From NCBI GenBank assembly GCA_038231175.1, contig JBBRLU010000001.1:1-49970 (forward strand): a DNA stretch of 49,970 nt. The letters run 5' to 3'. This document shows positions 49,922-49,970 of the stretch, one piece after another. Below the pieces are notes generated by a model that had not been told where the DNA came from, searched no databases, and saw nothing but the letters and a program-made list of their open reading frames with translations. The position numbers and the translations under genes are program-made. The DNA comes from Candidatus Saccharimonadales bacterium (GTDB lineage: Bacteria; Patescibacteriota; Saccharimonadia; Saccharimonadales; UBA4665). How positions within the stretch are numbered: the first letter of the stretch is position 1; every line of letters begins with the position of its first letter.

Positions 49922-49946
49922 CTGCCCACTAGCAGGGCAGCTTATT
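49922..49946 (+). terminator. Possible weak terminator hairpin (CTGCCC-actagca-GGGCAG then CTTATT)
   Basis: 6-bp GC stem 9 nt after the stop codon. The T-tract is poor. Confidence 0.3.
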
Positions 49947-49970
49947 GACATATATTAAAGCTTATGCTAA

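Noticed and set aside
49944-49970. TTGACA at the very end of the window as a promoter -35.
   Set aside because: The candidate -10 elements are at the wrong spacing (12 nt or less), and the downstream gene is outside the window.
1-49970. Search for tRNA, rRNA, CRISPR arrays, IS elements or integrases.
   Set aside because: I saw no T-loop (GGTTCGAATCC-like) or acceptor signatures, no regularly spaced direct repeats, no terminal inverted repeats flanking a transposase-like ORF, and no recombinase motifs. The short tandem codon repeats (e.g. ACCGGT x3 at ~460, GGCTTC x2 at ~17709) are coding low-complexity sequence.

Overview
Gene-dense, moderately GC-rich bacterial chromosomal segment that uses the standard genetic code: RF1 and RF2 are both encoded, and TAA, TAG and TGA all terminate recognisable housekeeping genes. 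I support about 40 protein genes and found no rRNA, tRNA, CRISPR array, transposase or integrase. Layout: (1) 1-11.8 kb is an accessory cell-surface block. It holds the 3' 5.9 kb of a giant Gly/Thr/Ala/Ser-repeat fibre protein (5' end outside the window), a 1588-aa membrane-anchored protein with 18 Kelch-type blades, and a 345-aa single-pass partner. (2) 11.84-12.39 kb is a strongly A-rich, apparently non-coding gap bounded by its own promoter and a clean intrinsic terminator. (3) The remainder is core content: convergent parA/parB, lepB, an LCP ligase, HtrA, prmC-prfA-rpmE, rpsB-tsf-frr (no pyrH), rseP plus a CPBP protease, proS, greA, lysS, a HAD hydrolase, a TrmA/RlmD-type methyltransferase, serS, hpf, secA, an M16 peptidase, prfB, ftsE-ftsX plus a coiled-coil/CHAP hydrolase plus ctpA, pyrG and an orphan receiver domain. 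(4) Small accessory insertions are one decayed phd-vapC module, one intact vapBC module with a perfect operator, an orphan Cas4-like PD-(D/E)XK nuclease, a pair of adjacent unknown ORFs (21.8-23.4 kb), and a lysS-coupled trio built around a minimal zincin (31.2-33.0 kb). The gene content suggests a reduced-genome, Gram-positive-type envelope lineage such as Saccharibacteria/CPR. The basis is LCP and CHAP enzymes, Pro/Ala-rich N-terminal extensions on envelope proteins, no pyrH, giant surface proteins, and many apparently leaderless genes; this placement is inference, not demonstrated. The best candidates for something undescribed are the giant fibre/Kelch/partner module, the A-rich orphan transcription unit, and the two uncharacterised gene clusters. 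I cannot assign a function to any of them from sequence alone.
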